Shown here piece by piece: positions 38,781 through 50,400 of a stretch of DNA of 64,000 nt. The notes beneath the pieces were generated by a model. It was not told where the DNA came from, searched no databases, and saw only the letters and a list, made by a program, of their open reading frames with translations. The translations under genes and the position numbers were made by a program. Numbering within the stretch: the first letter of the stretch is position 1; the number at the start of each line of letters is the position of its first letter. Source of the stretch: Puccinia triticina (lineage: Eukaryota); the NCBI GenBank assembly GCA_026914245.1, contig CP110439.1:1240001-1304000 (forward strand), written 5' to 3'.

Positions 38781-39517
38781 CATTTATTAAATACATTTTA
38801 TCATTTCCTACTCTGAGTCATCATCAGATTATCATTTCATTGACTTCAAACCTTTGACAAAACATAAGGACCTGCTCTTCCACTAATTAGCACAACAATA
38901 AAAGTAAAAGTTCCTACCAGGTTCTCCTTGTCCCAGAACCTACTACCATTCAAATTTGATCCTTTTTAATTATCTTCACAAGACTTTTTTTGCTGGGAGG
39001 TGTAGCAGTGGCAAAGAACTAATTATTTACAATCTGACATGAATTGATGCAGTGATAAAACAAGTCATCCATTTATCATTATGGGGGTGACTCACACCAT
39101 GATCTATCAAAAGAGATTCATTCATTGAACCCACAAAGTGATGGAGAGTCCAGTGACATCTGCCAATCCTGGTTGCAGTTGTTTTCAATTATCACGTGTT
39201 GGCATCATGAACTAACTTTGCTCCAAATTTGTTCAATGTAAGGATAAGATGGTTTATTCATTTAGGCCTTTGAATAGCAAGTCACCAAGCTGTTTATTTG
39301 CTGCAACACCCTAAAACTACTTCCATATACAAAACTATTCGCATCACACTGTCAATATTCACACACTATTCACACCAGATCAAGAGGCCTTGAACACAAG
39401 CCTGCCACTACTGAAAACTCTCTAAAATGTTTTCAAGTTTAAGAAAAAAAATGCAAAGAAAAATCAGTCTTGTATCTCATTTCCTCACTCTTTCATAAGC
39501 TGAAAAACTCACAAGCC

Positions 39518-40372
39518 TTATTCCTTGTATTCAGCAATCAATAGTTCTGACTCCTTGATCATACATCCACGTGCCAGAGCTGCCTCAAGTCCCCAGTCAC
39601 CATCTGATCTGCCCTCGGTGTTGGCAGCTGGTACCAACAATCCTGCCCGAGATAGCATATTGGACACCTCGCTTCCAACAGAAACCGCAAAGGCCGCACG
39701 TAACGGAAATTGAGACCGGGAGAATGGAACTTGCATGTATTCCGGATTTGAGTAGTACCGAACCACCTTTGGGACCAGTATCTTTCGTCCATCCTGACCA
39801 TTTCCAATAACTGTTCCCGTCACAAACGATGGATTCATTTCTTTCACCACAATTTTTGCTCCTAACGGCACACTAATGTTGCTGAATACCGGTTCTGTAA
39901 GCATTGCGACCATCCCGGCTTTTATGGTAATCTTCAATGGTGGAAAATCTTCTTCATAGGCCATGGCATGTTCCCTAAGACGGGAGTCACGAGCCGAAAT
40001 TGGTGCGGGATTATCTGTTGCGTTTGACTCGAATCCTTCGCCAGGAAGAGAATCCATGATTGCTTTGTTGACTTGAGCCTCAATGCGTTTGTTGACAGAA
40101 AAAATCGTCCTTTCCCCAACGTAGTCCCGAAAGTCCGCCTCATCTTCGTTGATTGCAACCAAAAGGTCCCTGTAGACAAAATTAACGACATTTTTTATTG
40201 CCGAGTCTTGATTTGTGAACTTGGCCGGCTTGGTGCTTATTGAATTGTTTATTGATAACATACTTACGATAGTGCTGAGAAATTGAAAATATGTGTGTAG
40301 AAATTTGTTGCTTTGAAATTTAATTGATACGGGAGAAAGAACTAAGTGCTTTTGACTAATGTATCGTCTCAT
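39518..40372 (-). CDS. Degenerate PIF1/Helitron-like helicase C-terminal fragment
   Basis: FPPLKITIKAGMVAML...GAKIVV...ILVPKV...FSRSQFPLRAAFAVSV resembles PIF1 ..RRQFPLRLAFAMTINKSQG, but KSQG and the Walker motifs are absent. ATG probably at MLSINN. Confidence 0.7.
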   Translation of the reverse strand: MRRYISQKHLVLSPVSIKFQSNKFLHTYFQFLSTIVSMLSINNSISTKPAKFTNQDSAIKNVVNFVYRDLLVAINEDEADFRDYVGERTIFSVNKRIEAQVNKAIMDSLPGEGFESNATDNPAPISARDSRLREHAMAYEEDFPPLKITIKAGMVAMLTEPVFSNISVPLGAKIVVKEMNPSFVTGTVIGNGQDGRKILVPKVVRYYSNPEYMQVPFSRSQFPLRAAFAVSVGSEVSNMLSRAGLLVPAANTEGRSDGDWGLEAALARGCMIKESELLIAEYKE

Positions 40373-40792
40373 ATGCTCTCATTATATCTGAAACTCATAG
40401 AAGCCCCCAACGTGCAACAACCCTTATCTCCCTTGGCAGCCGTGGCAAACCATCGAAGAGCCCCTGGATCTGCATGGCAAATAAAACCAGTTGCCATGCT
40501 GCCCTTGGCAGGGAATTCAAGCAGCAAATCAAGGACCCTTAACTCCCTTGGTAAGGAATACAACTGTGTGACCATGTACCAGACCAATTATTTTGCCTAA
40601 ACCCAAAACCCATCACTGTAACTGGCACCACCTGGCCGGATTGAGGGGAAATTTCCTGCTGGTTGCAGCGATTAAAATCAGTGGAAAAAAAAACCTTCAA
40701 GTTTTAGCGGGCTACATGATCAGCAGTCAATAGGTGGGAAACCGCTGCGCTAACTTGGAAGCACAGCAGAAAAACTATTGAATGACCACTGA

Positions 40793-41272
40793 CAATGTTG
40801 TAACCGCTGCGCTATGCTAAAAAAAAGTGGTCATTTAGCGCAGCGCAGCGGTCACACCGCTACTTCCCAGAGGCATGTAAAGCTGTTAAAAAAACTAATG
40901 CGCTACTCGCTACACGCAGTGATTGACCGCTACCCACCCAGGGCAATTAGCAATAGCGCAGAGGAAACGGAAATCCGCTGCGCTATCCGCTAATTTAGCG
41001 GATAGCGGAATTTAATTTCATGTTAAACCTCTTTTAATATGATTTAAACCATTTTCTTTCATCTTTTTCAAACCGCTGAAGTGCAGCGGTTCAGCACTAC
41101 GTGACCCCTTTTTTTAGCCCGCTAAAATAATTTTGTTCCCCAGGGAAAACAGAAAGTGTTTAGCGCAGAGGTCTGGCCGGTTCTCCCAGAGTTTAGCACA
41201 GTGGCACAAAAACCTGCTGCACTAACCGCTTTGCTGCGCTAAAAGTAGCGCAGTGCAGCTGTTACAACGTTG
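40793..41272. mobile_element. Degenerate 480-bp MITE with CAA(C/T)G termini
   Basis: caatgttgtaac...gttacaacgttg; many ccgctgcgct / agcgcagcg repeats; flanks ccactga / cccctta (5/7 match). Confidence 0.65.
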
Positions 41273-42227
41273 CCCCTTACCACCTTCTCAGGGTCATCAC
41301 AATTATTTTTCTGCACCCCATCTTGGTTATAAGGTCCAGGTGAGGTCTGATGGGGGGTGAAGGGTTGGTAGGGAGGTTGATTGAGTGAGTGGGGATACAA
41401 ATACACATGTCATCCAATCAAAAAAATGGGTGTCAATGTGCCGCACCCTGCTCCCATTGACGCTGCTGCTGCACCAATGGTCCGTTCTTAGTGCTGCGCA
41501 GAAAAATCAGTGTGTTGAAGCTGGAAAAGCGGTCAGCAGTCTTTCTGCTGTGCTGTGCTAATTGTCAGCTTTAGAACTTTTTTTGGCACTGCACTAACAC
41601 TGATCACCAGAAAGAGTCAGTGGTAGATCACTGAATTCAGTGTTAAAACAGAGTTTGGAGCGCTGTGCTAATGCTCATTGGGCTTGAGGATCAGTGGTGG
41701 ACTGCTGTGCTGCGCTGCTGGGGAAATTGGCCGCACTTTTAGTGCAGCGCAGCAGTTTCACCCTTGGACACAGGTTTTATTGTTTTTTGGTTACTGCTCC
41801 CAATTTTATGCTGGTTGGTTTGCTCTAAACAAAATTGGACTTTTAATCCATTGCTGGATTTACAGAACTATGTCCTCATTAAAATTGGAATTGGCTGACA
41901 AGTGTGAATTTTTTCAAAAATACTGCTTTTTTGGAGGGGTATCAGTCTTAGCACAGAAATAGAAAGTCATAAATTTGAAAATTCCGCTCTGGTGCAAAAC
42001 CTCTAGCAGCACATTGAATCCTGAAATATGTTACCACTTCTCAAAGCCATATGAACTACTTTTTTCTGCCTACTACATAAGATGAGTGCATATGATAATT
42101 TTTATTTGCTGGCCTTTTTGGTTTTTGTAATTTTATGTGCAGAATTTTGCCTTGGTATCATCCATGTAATTAGTTTAGAATTCTACTTGCTCCTTCACTA
42201 CTTAGAAATTAGTGGATTTGTGTGGCA

Positions 42228-42356
42228 CTACCACCAAATCAGTGAATCTAGGTGTTACCACCAAATCAGTGAATTTGGGTGGCGCCACCAAATCAGTGAA
42301 TTTGGGTGGTGCCACCAAATCAGAGAATTTGGGTGGTGCCACCAAATCAGAGAATT
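42228..42356. repeat. 27-bp minisatellite, ~5 copies
   Basis: ccaccaaatcag(t/a)gaatttgggtggtg repeated. Confidence 0.9.
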
Positions 42357-43145
42357 TTATCTGCATTACCACTATGTCAAAGATTGCCACTATGCCACTG
42401 CAAAGACAGTGGTGTGCTGCTGCAGATTTTGGAACACTCAAATAGGTTTTCCCAAGGGATTCCAAATAATGTTAATGTAAGTGGCCACAGTTTGATAACT
42501 ACTATGGAGCATAGTGTTGCATAGAGTTGCAGAAAAATGTGTCACTTTCTCCTCCAATTTTGGCCAACTTGGAAACCAGGGGACAGTCTATCACATGCAT
42601 TTGATCTCCTCATTGTGTGCTCCACGCACGCACAACACAGCCAACAGTAGAAAGAGAGGAAACAAAAGCAGAAGGAGAAAACAGAAAGAGAGGGAACATA
42701 ACAGAGAGGAAAACAAGCCTGAGAGATGTAAAGATAACAAATGAAGGAGAACAAGACTGAAGAAAAGAAACAAAAAGGAAAAGGGAACACCACAACAAGG
42801 AATAAACCCACAGAACATGCTGTGTTAGGACCAAGAAAGAAAACAAGGAATTTGGGAAATGGAAGGAAAAGAAGAGAAGTGGAAAGAAAGAAGGGAAGTA
42901 AGTGATAAAATCATAAACACATGGGATGGCTTAAGGGATGTACTAGATCTTGATGTCTTGAGTTTTCAGGGGGAAATCTTGAGTTTTGAAGATATTGATG
43001 AATGAGTCTTGAGGCTGTTTAATGAACCTTGAATCTTGAGGATGGTGCCGGTGAAACTGAGTCACTAAATCTGATCTGACTACTGGATTTTCTGGCACAG
43101 TGGCTCAAACACCAACAAAACAAAACAATTCTGTTGAGTACAATC

Positions 43146-44258
43146 TCAGATATTGTGGCTATTTTTAGAGTGCCAATTGGCAAGTCGGTCACTCCGTGAG
43201 ACTGTTCTGGTTTTCACTTCTTGTGGATTCAGTTTGTTCAAGATTTCAGCTCTTTTCATGAGGCGTTCACTGATTTGGAATGAGCAAGCAAAGTGTGTTT
43301 TATCTTCAGTGCTCCTCAAAGCTTTTGGTGGTGCAGTTGTGTGATGTTCAAGGCTGTTGCTTGGCCACATTACCTCAATTATACCAGGGGTTGTTCCAAA
43401 GTCCAGATTGCAATCAAATTGAGGAAATCGGAAGGCATGTCCTTTGACATTGACTGGTGGACAGATTGGCATTCCACCATTTTTGCAGTCTATGTAGCTA
43501 AACAATCCATATGTCAGAGGGTTTGCATCTGGGTCTTTGTGTGGGGAGTTGTAGAAATCTTCAGTTGTAATAGCAACACTGCTGTAGAGAGGCTCAGTGC
43601 TGAAATCAGTCCAATCCTTTGCAGCCCAGCTAGGAACCCCAAATTCTTGAAGTATCTTCTGATTGTTCTCATATGCTGATTCAGAGAAGTGTCAAACTCT
43701 TTCACATAGGAATTCATTATGATCAGGAAGGGACAATTCAATTTCTTGTTCTGTTCCAATTTCCTCTGCTGTAAGGCCATCAGCCCAGGCATAAACTCCT
43801 GTCAAAGGAAATAATTCCATGGTCAGAAATTAAAAAGGAACATGATTAATTATGCAAGACATACCAGCAGTTTTTCCCTCTTCTCTGCCACCTCGGAAGC
43901 CAATACAAGCCATCTTTCCATTCAGTGTAAATTGGTTGGGTTGATGGGGCCAATGTAAACTCATTTTGAAGAGATCCTTGATCATTCAAATCAACTTTTC
44001 TGTAGTTTCATCATTGTTGTTGGAATCTTTTGCTAATGGGTGGAATTGTGCAAGAAAGAGGATATTTTTTCCAGAATCATCGGTCACAATCAAATACTTA
44101 GATTTAGAAAATGTCTCAATTGAAATTGAAAATGTCTCTTTTTTTTGTTTTTGACTCATTCGCAACACATATGGTTCTGCTATCCCTGAAAAGTTTTCAT
44201 TTTGTAGGCGTTGTGAAAGTTCAGGGATTTCTAATTTGGCCAATGAATCTGGAGTCAT
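43146..44258 (-). pseudogene. TET/JBP-like 2OG-Fe(II) dioxygenase with two in-frame TGA stops
   Basis: Exons 44258-43865 and 43798-43146 (66-bp GT-AG intron) give ~348 codons: GKMACIGFRGGREEGKTAGVY ... SSVAITTEDFYNSPHKDPDA..TYGLF ... GHAFRFPQF...LDF...GIIEVMWP...EHHT ... THFACSFQI. Stops at 43986-43988 and 43692-43694. Confidence 0.8.
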
Positions 44259-45024
44259 TTCTTGTGTGGTGGTTTGGTGGAAGAGGAGTGGAATTTGGCA
44301 ATAAGGATCCACTCTATTGATTTGAATGGAATGCAGTGCTGTAAAATGGGTTGAGGGTACGTGGTGTGGAGTGCAAAGAGATGAGGGAACAAACTGAGAT
44401 ACAAGGAGCCATTTGGTATGATTGTACATAGTGCCAAGAATGCAGCTCAAACAACACAGCAAATTGCAGTCCGGACATCCTGGATCAACATTTTATGTAT
44501 CACACTCTAAAACCACTGCAACATCCTAAGGCTTGTTTCAGGTACATGCATAATTGATTCAGAGATAGATAGGATCAGCAAGGCAATTTTGTTACTCGTG
44601 CAAGCTGCTGCAGAATCTTTCCAAACCTCCCACCTATACTGCTTCTGTTCTGAGGTGTTGACGCGTGCTCTCGGACTGGCTCCCCACTCTGGTGGTCGGC
44701 CAGCCCGCCTCGGCAGATAGTTGCGCTATCAGGACAAGGAGCCAGGAAAGAAACGGACACCGTTCCACCTGGGACAGATGCCAGCGAGATGAGGAAGGAC
44801 ATTCTGGCTCTGGCAGCACTACACGCCACTTGGTGAAACAGATCATCATTGTGGTGCCAAGAATCCATGCCAAACCACATGAGAAATCAAATGTCCCGGA
44901 TCAACAATTTATGTACAGTACTAACTATGGCAAGTTACTGTCTCTTAAGGCTGGAGATACATGGATAGTTGATTTGGCATTAGCGCCAGGACAAAACGGA
45001 GGTGAGGAGGGCTAGGTCTGTATC

Positions 45025-45340
45025 GCAGAGCCTATCTATCATCTCAAACAAGTTTGGTCCGCACTGCTCCTATCGCGGCTTTATTCCCTAGCTTCAGGCG
45101 AGGGGGATGAGTCGGATCAAGCTGAGGTGTTCATTGAGTTGAGCTCCGAGATCGGGATGTCTCGGTTATTACAGCAGAGTCCATCTATCATCTCAAACAC
45201 TCTTATCGGGACTTTATTGTTGGTTCTTATCGCGGCTTTATTCCCGAGCTTCAGGCAAAGGGGATGAGTCGGACCAAGCTTAGGTGTTCATGGATTAGAG
45301 CTCCGAAATCGGGATGCCTCGGTTGTTACAACAGAGGCTA
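45025..45340. repeat. ~150-bp imperfect tandem duplication near the right TIR
   Basis: atctatcatctcaaaca...tatcgcggctttattccc.agcttcaggc..ggggatgagtcgga.caagct present twice. Confidence 0.8.
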
Positions 45341-46048
45341 TCAAAACGCATTAATATGGAGAGCTGAGGAGAGACAAGTACGCCTCCGAGCCTACTTTCC
45401 CGCCCTGATGGCCCATCCCCCCTCGTCCCATTCCCCTTCCCATACCCGTCGGCCCCCCGCCTAGGGGGCGCGAATTCATTATCAGGGAGAGTCGGAGGTT
45501 TGTGGAGGTTGTGGCTAGGGGCGTTCATGGTGATGTCGGGGGACGTGTGCGAGGTTATCAGCGCGTCGCGTGGGGAGTCCGACAGGAGTGAGCTTGCAAC
45601 CCCATAAGTCAAAAATTATATATGTACATACTCACCAATGACTCGGGCCTGATGAAAAAGGTTGGGCCTGATTTTGAAGGCCCGGGAAGGTTATTGGGTT
45701 TTGGTACTCGTTTCAGCCCGACCGAAAAGGTGTGTACACATGTACTGCCTTTGAAACAGGCCGAAAAGTTTGGTTTTTGGTTTTTGTTTTCGTTGACACA
45801 AATGGTGTCGGTCCAGGTCCACCGTAGGTAACTTTACCCGAGTCAAATAGCCGACAAAATTACCTGACCAACGATCCGCCGCCGGCCACAGCGTCAACAT
45901 GCAGTAGAATTTCACTAACGGTCCGCAGATCGGCAACAATGGGCAACCAACACCTCGACAACTCCTCCCGTTCAATGAACATCAACAGGTATTTAAATCC
46001 ACCCCCCTTGTGCGTCCATCAGCCGTCCTCTTCTTGTTTCTCACTAAC

Positions 46049-46899
46049 ATGGCCAACCCTAACAAAATCTCACTCAAAATCAAGTTTGATTGGTACCTCT
46101 GCGACGAATTCTTAAAGCTCGCCGCCCCAGAAAAGATTCCAGCAGAATGGCCCCACTGGCCTTCATCTTTCATGGATGTCAACAAAGAGTCCACCCGCTA
46201 TTGTCGCTTCCGAGAAAAGGTCCTCCGCCACCTGGATACCTTGCATGACGATTTCAAGCTTGGTGGCATCCTCAACAATGAGGAAGCCCTTGGTCAAATT
46301 GTTTGGATTGGACAACTAATCAAACCCAGCGGTATCACGATGTACCCCTTTCCTGACAAGTACCCCGTTTTCCGCCGATGTCTCTTGCGGATGGCGAAGG
46401 GCGTCAGGGCAGCCGTGCGAATCAGATTCGACGATGACTACATGGAGAAAACCTGCCATCCCCCGGTGAGTGTTTTCTTGACATGTTTGCAGCCTGACTT
46501 CCATTTCTAACACAGAATGTATTGCTTCAGCGCACGCCCAGCCTCAGCTCAGCTTCGCAGACAGATGACCACCTCTGCTCAACTGACTCGGAGACAGACG
46601 AGCGGCCCCATTCTTCGGAAGCGGACACACCTCCGCGTTCGAATGGTGATTCACCTACCGCTGATCATTCTGATGTTCGATCTCCTAACGAACCCCTCAA
46701 TAATCCTTCCATTTCGCCTCCTGCCAAGCCCGGCGTCGAGGAAGGTCTTTCTGATGTTCAATCTCCTAACAAACCACTGGAGAATATTTCCATTTCGCCT
46801 CCTGCCGAGCCCCGCGTCGAGGAAAATACGCTTACTGTGGACCATAACGACATTCCTCTCGCCAAGCGCCAACGCCTGCACCAGATGGAATCACTCTGA
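46049..46899 (+). CDS. Hypothetical 2-exon protein with C-terminal repeats and NLS-like KRQR
   Basis: TATA-like tatttaaa at ~45990; exon 46049-46465; intron gtgagt...cag (46515 or 46530), both in frame. Confidence 0.6.
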
Positions 46900-47444
46900 T
46901 TTGTCTCTATCTGATTTCTACCAAATAAATCATATGCTCTGAGCCTGCCCACATTTTATTCCAAATGTTTTTTATGCCATAAAATAAGGAATATTACCAC
47001 TATTATTCCATATGATCCAAAACCACATAACATTTATTGTGAATTTGTGTAAAAAACCCCTGAAACCCCTGACTGATCAATATAGATAAAATTGACTATG
47101 AGCTGAAACAATCTAAAACCCAAAAATATCATAGCAAATCACTCCAAATACATAAAAGAAACAGATTTAAACAGATTATTTATCAATTTTATGGTTTTTA
47201 TGCATAGATTTACCTCCAAGCCCCAAAATATTCACTGCAAATGCCTCCAGACTCAAGAATGAAACAGAACCATTTTGATGGTTTTATGGTTGCTGGACAC
47301 AGATATACAGATAAATTATCTGTATCTGATGTCTCTGATATGCTTGGAACAGTATGATTTGTTTTTCATGATGGTTGCTCTTTCCATAGGAAATCCTCAT
47401 ATTTCACGTATTTCACATTCACATCACATCATATATTATGAAAT

Positions 47445-50400
47445 TCATCTTCTGGATGAAGAAGAATAATTACCTGTTGGATCACCTGCTTCAGAGTCAT
47501 AATACCTAGGTGATCTTCTGTTTGGGGAACAATACATTGAATCTCCACGGCTGCTGCCCTCTGTAGGGGGATAAAATGCATTCATGGAGCTAGTACTTCC
47601 GCCTGGGGGGCCATATCCTCCACTTGTTGAGTCTGGTGGATACATTGGTTGACCAGCCCTAACTGAACTTCTAGATGAAGAGCGGTACCTTGAATTTCCT
47701 GTGGCACCAGCTGGGGGGCCATACAATTCACTCATTGAGTTTGGTCCATACATGGCTGATCCCTCTGTAGGGGGATAAAATGCATTCATGGAGCTAGTAC
47801 TTCCGCCTGGGGGGCCATATCCTCCACTTGTTGAGTCTGGTGGATACATTGGTTGAACAGCGCTAACTGAACTTCTAGATGAAGAGCGGTACCTTGAATT
47901 TCCTGTGGCACCAGCTGGGGGGCCATATGATCCTCCCATTGAGTTTGATATGTACCTTGTTTGAGGATGGTAGTATGGATATCCCACAGAACTTCCTGAT
48001 GGAGAGGCATGCATTCCACCCATTGGGTTGGATGCATACATTGGATGAGTATTTGGGGTCTCCAAAAAGGATTCTCTTGGTGGAATTGGGGGGACCAAAG
48101 ATGATATAGGTTGACCACTGCTTGGCATTGTATATAGATCATTATCATGCATTTGTCCTGGATTTCTCTGGTTAAAGTTGGAGGGTGCTTGGACTGATTG
48201 AACAGAATTGCTTCTACCCCTGCTTGGAGTTTTGGGTTGCACAGGGAATGGTTGCCCTGATTGCACTGAAGTGCTTCTGCCTCTCTGATAACTTTGGGGT
48301 GGAACTGAGTTCCTTCTTGTTGAGTCAACTTGATGGTGTTGATGGAAAAATCTTTCATCTTCTCGGTCTGGTAGATTTTTTTCTGATTTCCATTTTTCAA
48401 TTCCCATTCAGATGGCTTCTGCAAATTCTCTTCCTGGGATTTTCTCCAGTGGGACATGAGCAAGGGTTCTGTGGACCTCTGGAGCCTGAAAAGAGCATGT
48501 ATTCAGAATGAAAGAACCAGTTGGATTGTGGTCCACCATGTATCTGGCAGGATTACCCTCCTGTTGATCATTCACACGCCTTCTTGTGCTCATTATAACT
48601 TTACATCCTCCATCATGGCAGTTGTGCTGCACATTGAGGCAAGCCATTATATCCTTTAATTTTTGTATTGTCAGACAATTGATCACATGAATCAGCTGTT
48701 GTTAATATTGATCTCTGGTGCTTGAAATTTACTTACTTTGGGATAACACACATGGTTTTGTTGGGTTTTGTTAAGGATCCTCATTTGGTAATAATCTGAT
48801 ATATGAGATTGGGAAAACTGGTTGATTTGCATGCAGTAAACAGTTCTCTTGGGCCCAAATGTGTTTCTTGATGAGACTCTCCAGATTGAATGAATCCTCC
48901 CTGTGATTGCCGGCCCTTGGTTTGGGAGCGTCACAAATACAAAATACCCTTTCCGCACACTTCTTTTATCATCCAACATCATGCAACATTCCTGTGTGAT
49001 ATGGTGGTTGGGATACACATTCCTGAACTCCTGGGGAACCTCCACTTTATCTGAGTTGTGAAGTTTGGCTTTGGTGATTGCTGGAAAGTCAATTCCAGAC
49101 CCATGGATACTTGATTGAACGTAACCCATGGAATGCTGAATCTTCTCAATTTTGAATAGACGTTGCAACTGCGCTGATGCTTGAAAATAGAAATTCTGGA
49201 CATAATTCCATAGAAAAGCACCAGACAAAATTGCCCTGAGACATTGAAAATTGCTAAATGATACTGCCAAATCTCTTCCAGGATGCTGCCTATTGGAGTG
49301 GACAGAAGCATTTCTCAGTATGCTGTTGAAGCTCTCAAACTTTTCTGTTGCAAACAGGCTGGCTGGACCAAATCGTGCAATTGAATGTACAAGGTGTATC
49401 AACATATGAAACTTGGGTTTGTTGACCCATCTTGCGTTGCACTTCATGAGCTGTAATAATAAATGATCAACTAATATCTCCAATTCCTTGAGGTACACTT
49501 CCATGTCAGAAATGTGTGTCTGGAAGACATAAGGTGCCAACCTGCACAGTGAACGCCATAATTCTCTCTGCTGGTCATTCATAAACTGGAAGAAAACAAA
49601 TGGTGCACATTGAAGGATTATCTTGAAGTCTTTGCCAACCATGCTTTTGTGATGTTTGTACATGTATTCTGCATTGATTTCAGGTAGGTCAAGTGAATCA
49701 GTGATAAATGATTGCCAAGCACCCAATAGATCTTTGACGTGGCGTGGTTTGTTTGATGGTGTTACTGAGGAAATCTATGGAAATATATTTGATCACTCCC
49801 AATAGTATCACATGCAATATTTCTACTGGTGTATCATGGCACCCATCAAAACCTGATGCACAAATGAAGTTAGTTTCAAGAGATCTGCAGATTAATGTCA
49901 GTTTGACATTTTCTCACCCAGAAACCTCAGGAAAGGGTTAAACAGTTTATGGTGCTGATGCGCGTTGAGTGCCATGACCTTTGCAGCCTCTGATTTCTTT
50001 GTTCTAGACTTGAGTATATCTACAAATGCCTTGTTGAGGACATCTTGTACACCCATGGATTTTGATTCTTCAATATATGCGTCTTTTGATGAACTCAAAG
50101 CTGTTTGCCACAGATGATGAGAGCGGTCAATGGTCTCGGTCCAATTCCGGTAATCAACCACATCCTACAGGACATGGAGCATGTGAGCATTTCATTGGTG
50201 AATTCCAATCAACAAAGATCCACATACCCTGTTTCCCAAAGAGTCCATTCCCAAGAACTGATAAATGTAATCTTCTCCTGATTTATCGTCACGTGAGGAA
50301 ACACCCAAATGGCATATGCGGCAAGGGTTCAAGGAAGCTCCAGGAAGAGGTGTGTTTGTAATTTCCGCATGCATGGGGGAGTCACCCAAGAAGCACAGAA

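Larger units (their letters stand above)
32560..45826. mobile_element. 13,267-bp IS3EU-type DNA transposon with cargo genes
   Basis: Termini tacgg...ccgta; TIRs ~32560-32872 and ~45511-45826, near-identical over the outer ~240 bp; 6-bp TSD ggtaac (32554-32559, 45827-45832); encodes an IS3-like DDE protein. Confidence 0.92.

Noticed and set aside
47445..48407. Independent 320-aa repeat-rich gene
   Set aside because: Its ATG directly follows an in-frame TGA of the transposase exon, so it is better read as the transposase C-terminus.
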